This document shows positions 63,214 through 64,000 of a stretch of 64,000 nt of DNA, piece by piece (position 1 is the first letter of the stretch; the number at the start of each line of letters is the position of its first letter). The translations under genes were made by a program, and so were the position numbers. Under the pieces are notes generated by a model, which saw only the letters and a program-made list of their open reading frames with translations, made no database searches and was not told where the DNA came from. The DNA is from Candidatus Saganbacteria bacterium (lineage in GTDB: Bacteria; Margulisbacteria; WOR-1; O2-12-FULL-45-9), in contig JAFGDE010000007.1 of the NCBI GenBank assembly GCA_016932255.1, forward strand, positions 269-64,268, written 5' to 3'.

Positions 63214-63506
63214 TGCAGGAAATACTCATTAACGTGCTGATCTTTTCCGGTATTCTCCTGCTGCTGGCCCTGTCAGTAGCGGTTGTGATCGGGATCATGA
63301 TCCTGGTCGATCTCAGAAGGACGACCAAAGAGATCTCCGGTAAGATCAAAGCGGTCTCTTCAGCTCTGGATATCGTCGGGTTGCTTATTAGCGGCCTGAC
63401 CGGCGCCAGAGGCTTAAAAAAAAAGATAAGTGACGATAGCTCGACCCTGGCTGCGTTCGCTGCTGGGATCAAACGCAGTTTGGAAGTCCTGTTGAAGAAA
63501 AAATAG
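63213..63506 (+). CDS. Small membrane protein (DUF948-like)
   Basis: An N-terminal TM helix followed by an amphipathic region. It sits between two YtxH genes, as in ytxG/ytxH-type stress loci. Weak assignment. Confidence 0.35.
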   Translation: MQEILINVLIFSGILLLLALSVAVVIGIMILVDLRRTTKEISGKIKAVSSALDIVGLLISGLTGARGLKKKISDDSSTLAAFAAGIKRSLEVLLKKK

Positions 63507-63522
63507 CACAAGGAGGAAGATC

Positions 63523-63699
63523 ATGGCCAGATTGTTCAGGACATTGACGATCGGCGGCATAATTGGTTTTATTGCCGGTTTATTGTTTGCCCCTAAACGT
63601 GGCGAGGAGACCCGCAAAGACCTCAAAGATTCCCTGGATAAGGGTAAGGAGAGGTTCGAAGAGCTTAAAGAGGAATTCTCCCGCAAGGAAGAAGAGTAA
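63523..63699 (+). CDS. YtxH-domain small protein (second copy)
   Basis: AGGAGG SD. MARLFRTLTIGGIIGFIAGLLFAPKRGEETRKDLKDSL.... 58 aa, below the ORF-track cutoff. Confidence 0.55.
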   Translation: MARLFRTLTIGGIIGFIAGLLFAPKRGEETRKDLKDSLDKGKERFEELKEEFSRKEEE

Positions 63700-63710
63700 G
63701 CCCTAAAACA

Positions 63711-64000
63711 ATGACCAGGGACGAGATCGCTTCCCTGCTTAGCTCTGTTCTAGCAGAGCTTAAGCTGCAGCCTGATATCTCTTTTCGTATCGATATTCCC
63801 CCGCGTAAGGAATTGGGCGACTATGCGTCCAATATCGGCATTCTGGCCGGCCGTGCCCTCAAGACCAATCCGATCAAAGTCGCCGAGCAAATAGCGGCTA
63901 AGGCCGCGGAGATCGATAGCGGCCGCAATTTCGCCAAGGTCGAGTTCGCCAAGCCGGGGTTCGTCAATTTTTTCCTTAAGCCCGAATATCTTCAGAAAAA
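63711..64000 (+). CDS. argS: Arginine--tRNA ligase, N-terminal part (runs off the window)
   Basis: The N-terminal additional-domain pattern ...IPPRKELGDYASNI...VEFAKPGFVNFFL is typical of ArgS. Confidence 0.8.
   Translation, partial: MTRDEIASLLSSVLAELKLQPDISFRIDIPPRKELGDYASNIGILAGRALKTNPIKVAEQIAAKAAEIDSGRNFAKVEFAKPGFVNFFLKPEYLQK

Overview
This 64-kb window comes from a compact bacterial genome of roughly 50% G+C by eye. Signal-peptide beta-barrel-like proteins, an OstA/LptA-like protein and a dcw cluster suggest a diderm, possibly from an uncultivated lineage. Most of the window is housekeeping and densely packed, with many ATGA/TGATG start-stop overlaps. Recognised genes, in order:
- leuDC, thiC, thiL, an M20 peptidase, a NUDIX hydrolase and a Xer recombinase
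- an M50 protease, folC and a GT-C/GT2/DUF2304 glycosylation module
- a TrmH-like methyltransferase, pheST and mutS
- thyX, then a GH57-galT-glgA glycogen block
- yebC, hisF, a prenyl synthase, trpE and a rodA-like gene
- gap-pgk, tRNA-Ala, ndk, gpmI and secG
- mraY-murD-ftsW-murG-murC-murB, a split transketolase, dCMP deaminase, pheA, YtxH-type proteins and the argS 5' end

Several things stand out against this core background:
1. A stand-alone YcaO sits between thiC and thiL. Just upstream is a 56-aa basic ORF with its own promoter, Shine-Dalgarno (SD) site and terminator.
2. An AT-rich IS200/RAYT-type Y1 transposase is flanked by bulged hairpins. The same hairpin family recurs after several stop codons, alongside a 20-bp perfect palindrome (two copies) and a 91-nt four-way-junction element.
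3. A tandem pair of two-gene modules of unknown function (a protein of about 160 aa plus a degenerate methyltransferase fold) is split by an opposite-strand 41-aa membrane-peptide gene.
4. A recombination or duplication scar lies between glgA and yebC, with chimeric yebC'/glgA' relics and two unrelated cargo genes.
5. A second tRNA-Ala(CGC) copy carries a 41-nt hairpin insertion in the D-loop and a degenerate acceptor stem.
6. A B12-radical-SAM gene is broken by a single in-frame TAG and is followed by a leuB-family C-terminal relic.
7. (Extended) -10 boxes recur 6-9 nt upstream of start codons, which suggests leaderless mRNAs.

No rRNA genes and no CRISPR array were seen. All functional calls rest on motif recognition from the translated ORFs, with no database search.
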